Positions 12,417 to 27,929 of a DNA stretch of 64,000 nucleotides are shown here, piece after piece. This stretch comes from the human T2T-CHM13v2.0 reference genome, Homo sapiens, in assembly GCF_009914755.1 (NCBI RefSeq), contig NC_060937.1; one strand, given 5' to 3'. Position 1 is the stretch's first letter. Every line of letters starts with the position of its first letter. The translations under genes and the position numbers were made by a program. Under the pieces are notes generated by a model that had not been told where the DNA came from, ran no database searches, and saw only the letters and a program-made list of their open reading frames with translations.

Positions 12417-12627
12417 CAGCGTGTTTTCCAGCCTGGGACCCGCGGACATTCTGAGTCGGCAGGAAGCTCTTTGGGGTGGCGCCGTCCCTGGCACTGTAGG
12501 ATGTCTCACAGCATCCCGGGATGCCCGCAGCACCCCCTCCCCACCCTGAGGTGTGACAACCAAAAATGTCTCCAGGCATTACCACCACATGTCCCGGGGA
12601 ACGAAATCCCCCAGATGAGCACCACTG
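12417..12627 (-). mobile_element. MER20 (hAT-Charlie non-autonomous)
   Basis: ggcactgtaggatgt...gcatccc...tgtgacaaccaaaaatgtctccaggcatt...aaatcccccagatgagcaccactg is the reverse complement of the MER20 consensus. Confidence 0.85.
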
Positions 12628-13408
12628 CACTGCAGAAAGGGATATCTAGAAATGGGTGCATTTTAAAGCCAGAATCAGAGGGCAATTCTTAAGTAAACAG
12701 CCTTAATCATAGCCATCCAGTTGCAGCCTAGGATGCGGAGTGTGAAATCGTAAGCATGATCAGCCTCTCAGAGGGTGGTGCTGCAGTGACTCAGTCTGAG
12801 AGAAAATTTACACTAATGATAGCAAGGTATCAAACATGGTACCAAAGAGTTTAACCTACCAATGGCTCTTTAAGGAGGGTCACATTTTTTTCCTCACTTT
12901 TCCAACGGGGAAAGGCAGTCATAAAGAAGGCACTTCTCAGAGAGCTAGGAAGTAGGGTGTGGGGTGTAAAACCCAAACCCAAGTGCAGCAAACCTTTTCG
13001 TGCTTTCTCTCTCCTTAACCAGCCCATCACTATTCCTGAGTCTTGTTGGGAGCCATTCCAATTTATGGGCAGTCACTTCCGTAAGGTGTATCATTGAGTC
13101 AAGAGCTCTGAATGGTTTTATTCATTTTGGGTTTTTTGACCAGCAGTGACGATCTAGTATATCTTTTTATTTTACTGCTCACACTGATTATAGGAAGTCT
13201 AGCTGTTTAAGCAGCGGTGACATGGAGAAAAACCTTGTGGAATTGTCTTTGAGTTGACCAGGAGAACTGCTCCGTGTTCACAGGCTTCAAACGACATCCC
13301 CGGAGTGCCTCACAAACCATGCATCCCGAATGCTTCAGCCCCTGAGAACTGCTATAGACCGTTAAATGGTTACAGCAAAAGTCCAGTTAGAAATTTTTAT
13401 TCAGGATG

Positions 13409-13669
13409 CCTCCAAACTTGATCACCAACACGAGCCATGAACACTGAACTGCATTCACAGTTGACGAAGCCATTTTTATATAGTATATTTTAAAATTCTA
13501 CATATTTTGAAAATGCGGTTTTCATAAGAAACATTCCATTGTTGGTTACCTTCTGTGTATAAATGAATATATCTTTCTAGAAAGATCAATTTATGTGTCC
13601 TCTTTAACCATCTATTGTCAACTTTTTTCAAATGGAGCTTTCTTTTATAAATATATCTACCAAAAAAAA
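13409..13669 (+). other. Orphan retroposed insert (non-repeat body, poly(A) tail, 20-bp TSD)
   Basis: Exact direct repeat agaaatttttattcaggatg at 13389-13408 and 13670-13689; A-run at 13662-13670; TATAAA/AATATA just upstream of the A-run; tt/agaa target site. Confidence 0.75.
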
Positions 13670-14034
13670 AGAAATTTTTATTCAGGATGAAAGAGAAATC
13701 TAATGCTGATAAAGTTCAACTTTGATCCTTGAACTACCAAGGCATTCATACAGCATACTGGTTAAATAATATCCCTCCAAACAGGCAGTGTCCAGCTCCA
13801 GACAGTCTCGTGGCCATGAAGAAATTAGAGCATCTGGCAGCTCAGCTCCATAACACTGTTTAGAGGGGCCTTGTGGCTGATGAATGAGCATTAACATTAC
13901 AGATGGATATCGAGAAATATTATGAATGGGTGATTTATCACACGGCAACAAAAATAATTGCAGGGTCACATTTCTGGATCAGACAATCAGACACAAGTTT
14001 GAAGTTGAAAATAATAAAATATGCTTTGCCTAGG

Positions 14035-14358
<324 letters not shown>

Positions 14359-14529
14359 CTATTAGAAACTGTATGACCAACATTTACATGGAATCTTTGT
14401 CTCCTATCATGTCCATTAATACTCTAGAAATTGTGGAGGGGTGGAGATGGCGAAATCAGAAATATTTTTGACCCCATAACAGAAATTAGTGGATGAATGT
14501 GATGTAAAGCTCACAAATACTAAATCCTA

Positions 14530-16080
14530 ACATTGCTCGTTATTTAATAAATACTTGTTGGATACATCTGGGGGAGACACAGGGCCTGACATTGAGAATA
14601 TGGAAGTGAACAAGTAAATATGGTCTCTGTTATCATGAAACTTACAGTTTTTTGAGAAAGGCAGTAAAGAGGTAAGTTGGTAAGTTTTTTTAAAAACGGA
14701 ATTATGCTGAGCGCTATGAAGTAAACAAAGCGCAGGCATGAGAAAGTACGCTAGGCAGGGCAGCCTTTAGAATACAGCCAGGAGCAGGCTTTGGTGGGGC
14801 AAAGAGCTAAGCTGAGAACTGGAGGCGTAAGACCCAGCATGAGAGGACGGAAGTGGAAGCATCTGTGAGGAAGGAATGTTGCACAGAGGATTCAGAAGCA
14901 GAGGAGAGTTTGGAGGAGTTGAAGGTAGGCAGGCATCTTGAACACCATGTGTAAGGGGCACGGTTCCTGTGGAAAAGGGAGAAGAAGCCGGGAGGCGCAG
15001 GGCTTTGCAGGCCACAGGCAGGAGTGTGGGTTTTCTTCTACTGGTCATGGGAAGTCACTGAAGAGTCAAAAGTAGGCGAGTAAGAGGGCCCAGTGAGCTC
15101 TGAAAAAGATCTCAGTGGTGGCCTTGGGGCCACAAGGGTGGGAAGTCAGGGGAGTGGTTGGTGGGGGATGGCAGGAAGCCCATGGGGTGGTGAAGATGAG
15201 ACAGGAGTGTGCTGGGGTGAAGGCGGTGGAGAAGGGAGACGTGGCTGGAGATGACAGGTCACTTGGAGACTTAGTGGGGTGTGCTGATGGGAGGGATCAC
15301 AGAGAGGAGGAAACGCAAACAGGGGAGACAGAGAAGCTACGGGATTCTTTCCTGAACAGCCACGTGGTTGGAGATGTCTGGGTAGAAATGGGGGCACTGA
15401 GGGACAGATGGAGAGTTTAGAGTTCTGTTTTGAATAAACATGAGTTGTGCATGAGACTTTGAATTAGAGAAGCTTACTAGGAAGTTAGGCATACAGGGCT
15501 GGATCTCAGGAGAGACACAAGAGCTGAACATATAAACTGCGGAGTGTAGGGATTGAAACCATGAGAATGACAGTCTCCCCTGTGGATGGTCCAGGCAGAA
15601 CCCTGCAGAGCTCTAACACAGAGAAATCGCTCAGAGGAGAGGGGCTGGAAAAGAGTGGGGGCAGGAATCAGGAAGGGAACCCCAAGGGCGCAGTCTCACA
15701 GGAGCCAAGCCCTGCAAAGAGTGCCCCTTATGCATTCAACAGGCATTTTTTTTGCGCACCTGCTGTGTTGGGCAGTTTTTTGATTGACAGTGATTAAAAG
15801 GTCAACAAGACAGACAAGGTCCTCGCATCTTGGAGCTTACATTTTAGAGACAGCGTATGTTTCAGAAACATGTGATTAGCTAATTGTGTTGAGCAATTCT
15901 GAGAGGGGAGGAAACAAGGACACATGTGTTATTGCGATTTGGCAATGCGGAGGTTCTCGGTGGTGTTGACAAGAGCAGTCCCGGGGGTGTGGTCTGATGG
16001 AAGCCAGGTTTGAGTAGCTTGGTTTGTGTCCGCATAGTCCCAGTGGGGAGGCCATGCAGGCAGCACATGCGGACAAAGTT
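14530..16080 (-). mobile_element. L2 LINE fragments (at least two 3' ends, at ~14530 and ~15730)
   Basis: atttaataaatacttgttg...gtgaacaag...atggtctctgttatcatgaaacttacagt; ggagagtttagagttctgttttgaataaacatgagtt; cattcaacaggcatt...aacaagacagacaaggtcc...ggagcttacattttag; gatttggcaatgcggaggt...ttgacaagagcagt. Confidence 0.75.
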
Positions 16081-16087
16081 TTGGGTT

Positions 16088-16409
<322 letters not shown>

Positions 16410-18664
16410 TAAGCACTGATGGAAATGATCACATGGGAAGGAGAAATTAATGCAAGGCAGATTGGAGCAAATCGACACAACAGTTTTTGGGAAGGGAGGA
16501 GTGTGTTGAAAACAGAGCATACATAAAGAGACAGAGTTCTGATAGAGAGAGAATCAGAAAAAAAAGGGACAATGAGCTCAACGCAGGGAGTTTTAGAAAC
16601 GTGCAGCTGGTAACATGTGTGTGTTCTCACCTGATGGCTTGTAATTTTTTGGTGAAGTATGAGACCAGGTCACCAGCCAGAGAAGGAGACAGAAAAGAGG
16701 GTGTGAGAGGTTCCACAAAGAGAAGAAGACATCAAATGGGCATCAGGAAAAGTGGAAAAAAATTAAAGAGATATAGCAGCAGGTCAGTACTGTCTGCCTG
16801 CTTGAAGGTTTGTGATTGTGAATTTAGAGTCCAACCAGGTGGCCTCGTTGTGCCATTTTCTCCAACCATGTTGACCCCTTGAGCATACGTCAACAGTGAA
16901 ATAACCTGTTCAAGGTTGAAGTTTACAGGTAAGTCAGACTGAGGAAGAGAGACAGAAAAGTCAAGGGGCTCAACAACATGTGTTTGTCATAAAAGTAGAC
17001 CCTGGAAGGAAAGTGAAGGAAGGATAAATTCTTTTTCAGAGTCTAAAGCAAAGGTCTTCCTGTCTCTACAACAGCTGAGCAGACAGCTGTAGCCTGTGGC
17101 TTCCAGATCACACGATACCTGAATCATGGATTCCCTGTGGCCTTAGGGTCCCCAAGCAGTGATGGTCTCAGATGTCCTTGCTGATTTGTTTTGGTTGGAT
17201 GCCCCTCTCATCTTTGGCCATCTTGGATTCACCCTATCTTTGACTCCTTGGCTGGGTGGATGGCTTCCATTATGTACAGCGGGAGACAACAGCCCCAAAG
17301 TGAACTGTAAACCTGCACGCTATCTAAATTACCTGGGAAAAGGGATGTGTTGTGTATCATCTAAACAAAATGAAACATTTAACTGAGATAAGGTACCTGT
17401 CTCCTGGAGAAAATACATATGAGGACGCATAAAATGTGGTATGTGGTGGGAATAAAAGGAGGGCATGAGGGCAGAGATTTCAGGGATTCAGTTCCACTTG
17501 TTTGGGGAGAGGAGGCCAAGAGAGTTGGTCTTTGGACGCCCTGGTGGCACAGCACTGAAAAGGATGTGGGTAGCAAGAGAGCAGGGAAGAAAGGACAGTT
17601 TAAACCAACTTGTTCAACCTGTGATTTTTTATTTCTCTACCTCCCAGCCAAAGCGCCATTGTTTACAGCCACTTTAAAAATGCAACTGGACTGGAAATCT
17701 TCCTACTGTGGCTCAGCGTTGCAGGAACCAAAGCCTGAGACTGACACAACGTCTCTGGAAAGTTGGCATTGCTTTTTAAAATGAGCTCCTTTATCCTCGT
17801 GCGTGTTCATTTGCAAGTAATTAAATACACACACGATATCAACTCAAGGATTAGGAATGTCACTGACAAGAAAAGTAATAAACAGGAGGAAATTAAAAGA
17901 ACTCACTAAGCCCCAGGGGAAAAAATCTAACAGATTTAATCAGGAGAAATAAAATATTCTCTGGGCCCTGTTATGAAGACCCCTGGTGCCAAAGAAACGT
18001 GGCAGAAATGGGACAATTAAAATGGATGTGGGGAGGGTGACAGAGCCTCACGATGAAACAGGGAGGTAGCTGCGCAGGGCAAGCAGCCCCAGTAGAATTC
18101 AAATGAGGGTGTGAAACTTAAACAAGAGGCCCGCCAAATGGGAAGAGAGGCCGCGAGAGACGCGTGGCGGAGCCTGTCTGTGCAGTGATGGCAGGAAACC
18201 CACAAGCCTCCCAGGCAGATCCTGGGAGATCCAGGCATCTTGTTTTAGCTAAGCATGTGTTACACTTTTCTGCAGCCTTGCATGTCTGCTACAAAGTCAG
18301 GATTCTGAAGACGTGACAAGCCACTGACGATGATTATTCTTCCCATAGACACCCCTCCCCACCTAGCCTTACTGAGCAGACAGAGCTGCTGGTTCAAATA
18401 ACACAGAAAAGGGATTAGACAATTTGACCTGCCCTATTAGAATACTTCTCATCCTTTGTGATAGATGGATTCTTGACAAATTGCTTATGGCAACAAGCAT
18501 TTAGCAATATCATGACTGTCTGGATCTAGCGAGTAACCTTACCCTGGAGCTATTTATTAGGCAGGCTAGAGACAGTTTCATAACTCATTACCTGATCTTC
18601 ACTGAGAAAGGGAAGATGTTAGGGGCTCCCTTCTCCTTAAATACACCCACCAGATAGTGGCCAC

Positions 18665-18820
18665 ATTAATTGAGAGCCTACTATGTGCCAGTTCCTTACA
18701 TACATTTTCATTCATTTATAAACAAATCTTAACACAGTGTGTACTATGTGTTGAGTTCTAGGGTTAGCTAAGAATGAAATGGGCAGAGCCCCTGTCCTCA
18801 AGGAGCTTGAAGTTTAGTCT
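18665..18820 (-). mobile_element. MIR/L2 3'-end fragments
   Basis: taattgagagcctactatgtgccag; ttcattcatt...tactatgtg...cagagcccctgtcctcaaggagcttgaagtttagt. Confidence 0.55.
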
Positions 18821-20701
18821 ACCTGGCAGTGTAAGCCAGGTCTCAAGGCTGCCTTCATTTGCCAACCAAGTCCTGCTGCTTCAACCTTCCACCACCTGCT
18901 CTTGGGTCCATACGAGGCAGCATTGCCCAATAGATCCACCTGCCGCAGCCACAGGTGCTAGTACAGCTGAGAAATTACATGTAATTTAAATAGCTACATG
19001 TGGCTGGTGGATGCTCTATTGGACAGTGCAGAAGGGAGACTATTGATCCAAGATATTCCAACCTTAAAGGCAAGGATGCTCTGAAGATGAGGCACCATGG
19101 CAACTGCTCTTGATGATATGTAAGGAGCTGTGTGGGGCACACCTCTCCACAGCAGCAGTTTCTGCTGCTTCTGTGATGTCCCCAAAGGCTCCTTAGGAAC
19201 TCGATGGAAGGGGTGTTCCCAGCTAGGGAAAAATGACCTGGGAATTTCTGGTCTGCCAAAACTGTGCTTAGCTGTCTACCAGCATGGCCCTCCTGCACAA
19301 AGCTCCACATTGCTGCTTCATTAAAGAAAAAGAAAACCAAGCTTTATTTTTGAATAAAAGTATGTTTTTCTTTAAAAGAGAAAACTCTTGCTGTGTATAT
19401 GATATATGGTAAGTTGCACCACACTTGCACAATGCATGCTACATAAAACAAAGCATGTATTGCACTTTGCTTTCTATTTTTGTGTTATGATAAAGTATGG
19501 ACATGTTTTGGTTTCCAAATATAAATACTGTGCACCTAACTACCCCCCTCCCCAAGACATCAGTGCTTCAGCTTAAATGGGGAGTCCTCCCCTGCCCTCC
19601 ACTATATCCCTATTCCCCATTCGCAGTGAGCTGCCGTCCAGGGCCTGGAGTCAGAAAAGTCTCTCCAAGTGTGTGCGTGTCCAGACTGAATGCCCTCTGC
19701 TCCCCCTCCCTGTCCTGGGACATTGCTTCCAGCCCGTGCATCCTCTGAGAGATATTCGCCTGCTAGCCACTTCCTTCTGGGACGTGCAGGATCACACCCC
19801 ACCTTCAAGCAGAGGGACAGGGGACAATTCTGTGCCTGGACACCCTGTGGGAAAGTGGAGTATTGTTTGCTGCTACATTTTCCCCCTCTTCTCCTTCTGG
19901 AACCCTCTCAGAATATGCCTGCCTCAATAGGAAATATGAGAGCAGCCGTGTTAAGAGTGCAAACCCAGAGAGGGTAGGTGACAGGCAGCCGCCTCACATG
20001 TGGTCGGCACTGCGTAAAGCCCACATCCAGGCTACAGGGTCCTCCAGCTGCAGCGCCCCCCGCCCCGGGTCACTGACCCTCTGTGCTGAGCTCCAAGTCT
20101 GCGAGCAAATACTGTTACCCCTGAGTCCCAAGTCCATGATTTCGGCTTCAGCAGCCCACAGAAAGCCCTTGCATGGGATTTCAGCAGATCCGCAGGGGCT
20201 GTTTCCATGGTTTTCCCAGCAGATCTCTCTTCTGCCATTAGAAGATAGTTTCACTTCCATGCAACTCTTCCTTTCCTTTCTCTTAATGCCTTGAGCCCAC
20301 TTTTGTATGATGAGCCAGTCTCCATCACAGCCCCAAAAAGACAGAACTCTCATCCACCAAGCATAGGCCAACCTGGCAGCGTCCACCCAAGGCCACATTC
20401 CTGTGCAGGAATGTCCCCACTGCACCAGGGCAAATGCCCATCACCTGCATTTCATGTGGACTCCAAGTTGGTCTTTAGGCACAGATGCACATGTCATGCC
20501 TGTGAATTCTGACAGACTGGGGATGTGTTTACTTTTGAGAAACTTAAAGGTGACTGTTCACACACACCCCTCCTGGTGGAGGCACTTGACTTCAGAGGCG
20601 GCCTCTGCATGCCTTTGGAGGGGCGTCCGGAGCCTGGGACAGCCTGGGTTTTTCCCTGTGTTTCCACTGTCTGTTTTGGTCACTAGCCTTTTATGTTTGT
20701 G

Positions 20702-21115
20702 GACTATGAGAGGCTGAATTCCCCCTAAAATCACGTGCTGAAGTCCTAAACCCCAGGACCCCAGAATGTGATCTTATTTGCAGATAGGCCCGTTACAGAG
20801 ATGATGGATTAAAATGAGGTCATTAGGTTTAGCCCTAATCAAATATGACAGGTATCCTTGTAATAATAAGAGGAAAGTTGGACACAGAGACATGGACAGT
20901 GAAAAGACGAATCAAATCACACAGGGAGAAGATGGCATCTACAAGCCAAATCCACAAGCCAGGGAGCGGGGCCTTCTCCTTGTGGCCTTCAGAAGAATGA
21001 ACTCTGCAGAGACCTGGAGACCAGGCTTCCAGCCTCCAGAACCGGGAGGAAATAAATGTCTGTTGTGTAAGCAGCCCAGTCTGTGGTGCTTTGTTATGGT
21101 AGCCCAAACATACAC
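20702..21115 (+). mobile_element. MLT1B-like MaLR solo LTR
   Basis: ctgaattccccctaaaatcacgtgctgaagtcctaaacccc...gaatgtgatcttatttg...attaaaatgaggtcattagg...ggagaagatggcatctacaagccaa...ttccagcctccagaac...aataaatgtctgttg. Confidence 0.88.
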
Positions 21116-21201
21116 ACATATTGATGACATGTGATCACATCTTTATCTGGTTGATGTCATTAAATGATTTAAATACTTCTATGCCGAGTTTTACACTGTA
21201 A

Positions 21202-21570
<369 letters not shown>

Positions 21571-22554
21571 TGACTTTCTGACTGAGCAACTGAACGTCTT
21601 GGGGAAGGGGTCAGAGCAGGTGCAGTCTCCTTTATGCAGCGATGCCCAGAGCATGGGCCCCACACGTCTCCCTGCAGTGGCCTCTGAGGCAGGCTTCTTA
21701 ACTTTCTCTGGGGGACCCTCCTATTAAGTTCAATGCTAATGCATTCATAATGAGAGCAGGAGTAACAATCTTGGTGGCTCCTAAGCAGCTCCAGATGAAG
21801 AGGAATCGATGTGCTGCACTTACTAAACATCTTTATTCTCCTGCTTCTGGATGCTTGGCCTTTGAAGGTGAAATTGTGACACATATTAGGCTCAGAAGCA
21901 ATGCATTTCGAGTAGTCGAGCCTCTGTGGAGGAGAGGGGATGGCCTCTGAGCATCCTAGCCCCAAACACAGCGGCATTCACTAGTTCTGTTCCGTGCTAG
22001 GAAATCACAGAACCATTCAGCCCCATGCAGGCTCACAGGCCACATCGTTGTCACCGGGAATACGCGGAGGACATCTCCGGCTCGCAGACAAGGTCTGATT
22101 TCTATGCGGAAATGCTTATTTTTTTCAAAAATGGTAGATTTTAAAAATCCAAACATTTATTAAGAAAGCCAATGTCCAGCGGAGAAAAATCAGAATTAGC
22201 AGTTGGTGGTGGGGTCTGGGCAGCTCTCTACACAGGAGAAGCTAGATGTTGCTGGTTTACGTTTAAAAGCATTTCCTGCAAGGTTCTTCCTTAGCGTGAA
22301 CTCTGTAGAGTTGTACTTCCCAAGCCTTTCCCTCCAATGGCCCCTGATGAACTGGGAAGGGGGCTGCTAGGTGGCAGGGGGTACACAAGGATGGATAAGA
22401 GGGGGAGGGGATACTTGGAGGCACCCAGAATACGGGAGCAAATCCAGCTTATTCTGCTTTTAGTATTAAGTTTTCGTGTAACATTTTATTTGAAAAACAA
22501 GTTCCACTTTTTTTTTTAATGTTAAAAACCCACAAAGATTTTAACTCAATCTAT

Positions 22555-22640
22555 TCAGGAAACCAAAGCCCCAAGCGGTGAGAAGTGACTTATCCAAGGT
22601 CAGCAGATTTGAGGCTGGACTCAAACTCGGGACTCGTCTT
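22555..22640 (-). mobile_element. MIR fragment
   Basis: caggaaaccaaagccccaagcggtgagaagtgacttatccaaggtc...ggctggactcaaactcggg. Confidence 0.6.
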
Positions 22641-23113
22641 CACCCTGAGACCAAGCAAGGAGCTAGCAGGACTGGGGGTCCCTTCTCAGTCTGTGGTCCC
22701 AAGAAGCAGAAAGAAGGCCGGTGCAAGTGTGCAGTGTAGATGTGAGGAGGTGAGGTTGTGGGCAGGAAGAGAGGGCCTCCAGGCTGGCGTCGCCCTGCTC
22801 CAGGCTCACCGCTGTGTTTCCATCTTCCAGTTCCCAGTAAGGTTTCAGCTCTAGCTCTATATGCAGAAGGAGGCACAGGCAGCAAGAGCAAAAACACACA
22901 GAGGTTTTTGAGACACAGGCTGGGCCGATAGTGTCATAAATGCGTGTCCCTGGGCTCCCTCTGTTCAATTTTCTCTGGGCCCCTTCCAGCTGCTGGCTCT
23001 CCTCCCAACCTCCCAGGACCCGTGTTTTCTCCCCAGGGCCTGGAGTCCCCACCCTGGTGCCCCACCCAAGTCTCTGGTCTCTCTGGCAAGGACCCTGTCT
23101 CTGATCACCTCCC

Positions 23114-23202
23114 TCTTGAACTTTACTCCACTTTAAAATCTCTCTCTCTTTAGTCCTTTCATTTTATTATTAGCAGAATGAGTGAAAGACCTTCCGGTAC
23201 CT
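23114..23202 (+). repeat. 89-bp dispersed direct repeat, copy 1 (partner 26593-26681)
   Basis: tcttgaactttactccactttaaaatctctctctctttagtcctttcattttattattagcagaatgagtgaaagaccttccggtacct; 86/89 identical to copy 2. Confidence 0.95.
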
Positions 23203-24267
23203 AATTTCAGCTGGAGTGATAGACAGCTCAGACATTTGCAAGGACACAAACACAGAAGGGACCACACTCAGATTTTTCAACAGGCGGCCTCTCTTAAGTC
23301 ACAGCAGGACAATCTGCTGTCATCAGATCAGCCTTCTAACCATGGGCTGAAGATAAGGCCTGTCTCAGGGCAATGTAATGACGTCCAAGCAGGTGAGAGG
23401 CATAAACCATGCAAGGGGCTTGACTCTTGGCTATCCCCGAAGCACTGAGGTGATAACAACAAGCAGGCAAAGAAACAAACCAAACCCCTTCACTGATGTC
23501 AGGGTTGGGCGGTGAGGAGTGGTAGGCAGTAAATACAGACACCAGGGAAGTTCTCCCTTGATTTGCAAAGTTTTCACAGTATCTCCTTCTGGATAATAAT
23601 CTTAGTAAAAGTGAAGTGTACTTGTTTTTCTTTCTCTGGGGTTGAGTAGAGTTGGAGGAAGGGGATGAATTCTGAGTTTAATCCCGTTAAACATTCTAAA
23701 GATATAATTATTGGGAAGTGAATTAAAGTGATAATTTGAGGATTGTGACTAAAGTGTCCCCACCTCCAGCAACTTGCAGGGTACAAAGGGGGCAGAACAA
23801 GTTAAGTGCAGTCAGATAGTCTAAAGTTATAAAAAATGGGAAATTAAGTAAGACGATGATTTTAGTATAGAAACCAAGACTTCCTGTACATTGTAACAAA
23901 AGGCAGCTGTGCAGCTCCGAGTACTTGAGATTTTTACTACTCCACAGCCGGAGCTTTTGTGCACCTGCGTGTTTGTCAATGTGTCTTCGCTGCTTTGTGT
24001 CTACCTCTGGGCCGGGGATATTCAGGGGGCAGTCCCATCTAAACTTACTTCAGCCCTGTAAATGAGCATGTGTCTATCAGCTCTGTGCAGAGCAGAAATT
24101 AGGCCAAAACTGTAAAAGGCAGCATAGAGTTAAGTGTAGCCTTCAGCAGGACTGATGATACAGTGTCTTCAACATTTCTGAATCAAGAAGACATTTGACT
24201 CCTTTAGGCCTTTCAAGTTATGAATTATACATATGATGCATTCAACCCCAAGAAGGCATGTGAGCAT

Positions 24268-24730
24268 GTGAGTTAGCTGGGGCTGTTGTAACAAACACCG
24301 CAAGTGGGGCAGCTTAACCAACAGCCATTTACTGCCTCCCAGTCCTGGAGGTTGGACGGCCTTGTTGGAGGTGTGGGCAGGGCTGGCTCCCACCGAGGCT
24401 GTAAGAAGGTTCTGCCCAATGCCTCTCTCCAGTATCTGTGGTTTGCTGCAAGCTTTGGAGTTCCTTGGTTTCTGGATGCAACCCCCAACCATCTCTGCCA
24501 CCATCTCCACACGGCATGCTCCCTGCGAGGGACTGTGTCCAAATCTCCCCTTTTTATAAGGACACCAGTTACATCGCATTGGGGCCCACCCTAATGACCT
24601 CATTTTAACTTGATTATGTGTAAAAATTTTATGTCCAAATAAGGTCCCATTCTGAGCTCCTGGAGATTAGGACTTCAACATATAAATTTTTTTTGGGGGG
24701 TGGCGGTGGGAAACAATTCAAGCCATAATA
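24268..24730 (-). mobile_element. MLT1C-like MaLR solo LTR
   Basis: gggctgttgtaacaaacacc...gcttaaccaacag...gtgtccaaatctcccctttttataaggacaccagt...cccaccctaatgacctcattttaacttgatta...ccaaataaggtc...ttaggacttcaacatat...acaattcaagccataa. Confidence 0.9.
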
Positions 24731-25089
24731 GCAAGTAATCCCATAAAATCAGTTAGATTTATTTTTTCTTTACCTGGTATAAACTGCTTTGCTGTAAGAC
24801 AGTGACTGTTGACAACCTAGAATCTGTCTTTTCCAGTCCCACTGTCATCAAAACAGAAAGTGGGATCTCATTTCCTTTGAGCATGTAACAAATTCTGGGA
24901 GATGTTGGAGATGCATCTTCTGGGAACGATGTGTGAAGTGTTGTGAGCATAAAATACCTCTTTAAAAAGGACAGACATCAGCAGCACATCCCTCTGAAAG
25001 CTAAGCAGCCCAAACACTCGGGCTGCCCATTGACCAAAGAGCCTTGGGTTCCAGTGGAAGGCGTAGAAGGCTGAGGAACCAACGGCTGA

Positions 25090-26395
<1,306 letters not shown>

Positions 26396-26412
26396 AAAAA
26401 TATGCTTTTGTT

Positions 26413-26541
26413 CTACTCAGGAGGCAGAGGCAGGAGAATCACTTGAACCCAAGAGGCGGAGATTGCAGTGAGCCGAGATTGCCCCATTGCCTGGGCAACA
26501 AGAGCGAAACTCTGTCTCAAAAAAGAAAAAAAAAAAAAAAA
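26413..26541 (+). mobile_element. 5'-truncated AluSp/Sq right-arm fragment
   Basis: ctactcaggaggcagaggcaggagaatcacttgaaccc...ggcaacaagagcgaaactctgtctc then poly(A); TSD gcttttgtt at 26404-26412 and 26542-26550. Confidence 0.92.
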
Positions 26542-26592
26542 GCTTTTGTTAAAGTAAGTCAATTAAATGTTGCATGCAAATTATCCACTCAT

Positions 26593-26681
26593 TCTTGAAC
26601 TTCACTCCACTTTAAAATCTCTCTCTCTTTAGTCCTTTCATTTTATTATTAGCAGAATGAGTGAAAGACCTTCCAGTGCCT
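26593..26681 (+). repeat. 89-bp dispersed direct repeat, copy 2 (partner 23114-23202)
   Basis: tcttgaacttcactccactttaaaatctctctctctttagtcctttcattttattattagcagaatgagtgaaagaccttccagtgcct. Confidence 0.95.
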
Positions 26682-27929
26682 CCTGTATGTGCCTGTATGT
26701 GACACTCTCTTATTTTAACCGTAAATGCCATCTCATGTTGCAAGGCAAAGTTTGCCTGTTTATCATTACTCCCAGGAACGTGGCTCACGGAGGGACACCC
26801 CCTGAGATGATGATGTTGGCTGGCTTTGGCATACCCGTTAGGCACGGGAGCATGGCAGGTCCACAATACTTTTAGAAATTGATGTTTACATTTATTTTAA
26901 AATCACAATAAATAAATGAACTTTAAGACTGAAGAAAATATTTCTATGTATAATATCAATATATTGATATTAATAACTATGCAGTCGTAAAATATGATTT
27001 TTAATCTTCTGTTGTAGTTTTTAACCTGACAGAAGTCAGAATGCAGCCCTGGAGGCTGGTGTCCACCTTTATTCAAATGAAATCCAGACACACTTGTCTT
27101 GGCACTCAGGGGCCTGAGAGGGACGCATGCATAGGCCCATGCCTCACAAATAGAATACTGTTGCAAAACTATGTTCCTTGGAGGCCCAAGGTGACCTGCA
27201 GGTGTTTCAGGGAAAGTTCTGAAAGCTAAGCCAGGAGCCACCCAGACGTTGGCACCCCAAGGCTCATTCACCTTAGCAGAACCACTTAAATTGCTTCTCA
27301 TAGGCTGGAGTTATAATGAATCACTTGAAGAAAAAAAAAAGGATTCTACTGCGAAAATTTCTGAAAATGCTCTGAAATAAGAACTAAGGAAGCACATCAA
27401 AATTTCTTTTGATAATCAGACCTTGGGCTTCAATGCTAAGAATTCTAAATACAAGAGAAAATAAGGTGATTATATGAAAAAAATTTAAAATGCGTTTGGC
27501 CTAATTTTAGTGTAACAGTTACATGATTTTTAAAATACTTAAAAACCTGTAAATGGTAATGGGAAGAATGCAACCCAAGTTTCTAAGCATAATTCAAAAA
27601 ATAGAAGCTGGAAAGATATGTAATTTTAAAACTAAATATTTTAGGGCAGTGACAGAAGAACTAAGAGTTACTGAAAGCATGCACGTTGTTGTTGTGTTGT
27701 GTCTTGATTTTGGTTTTCAGCAGGAAAAAAGTAAAGTCTATCACAGGTGAAGGTTAACATGAAAGATTGTGGGGGCATTCTAGCCAAATGAGAGTGCTGA
27801 CTGGACGTTTTCATGAATGAGCTGCTCCTATGGCAGGACCTCGTTTTCTAAGGTAGTTGAGGGAAGTTAACCAAGTGTACCCCAGAGCTCATTCATAGTT
27901 CTGTGCAACAGTGGTGGAGGCAGATTTCT

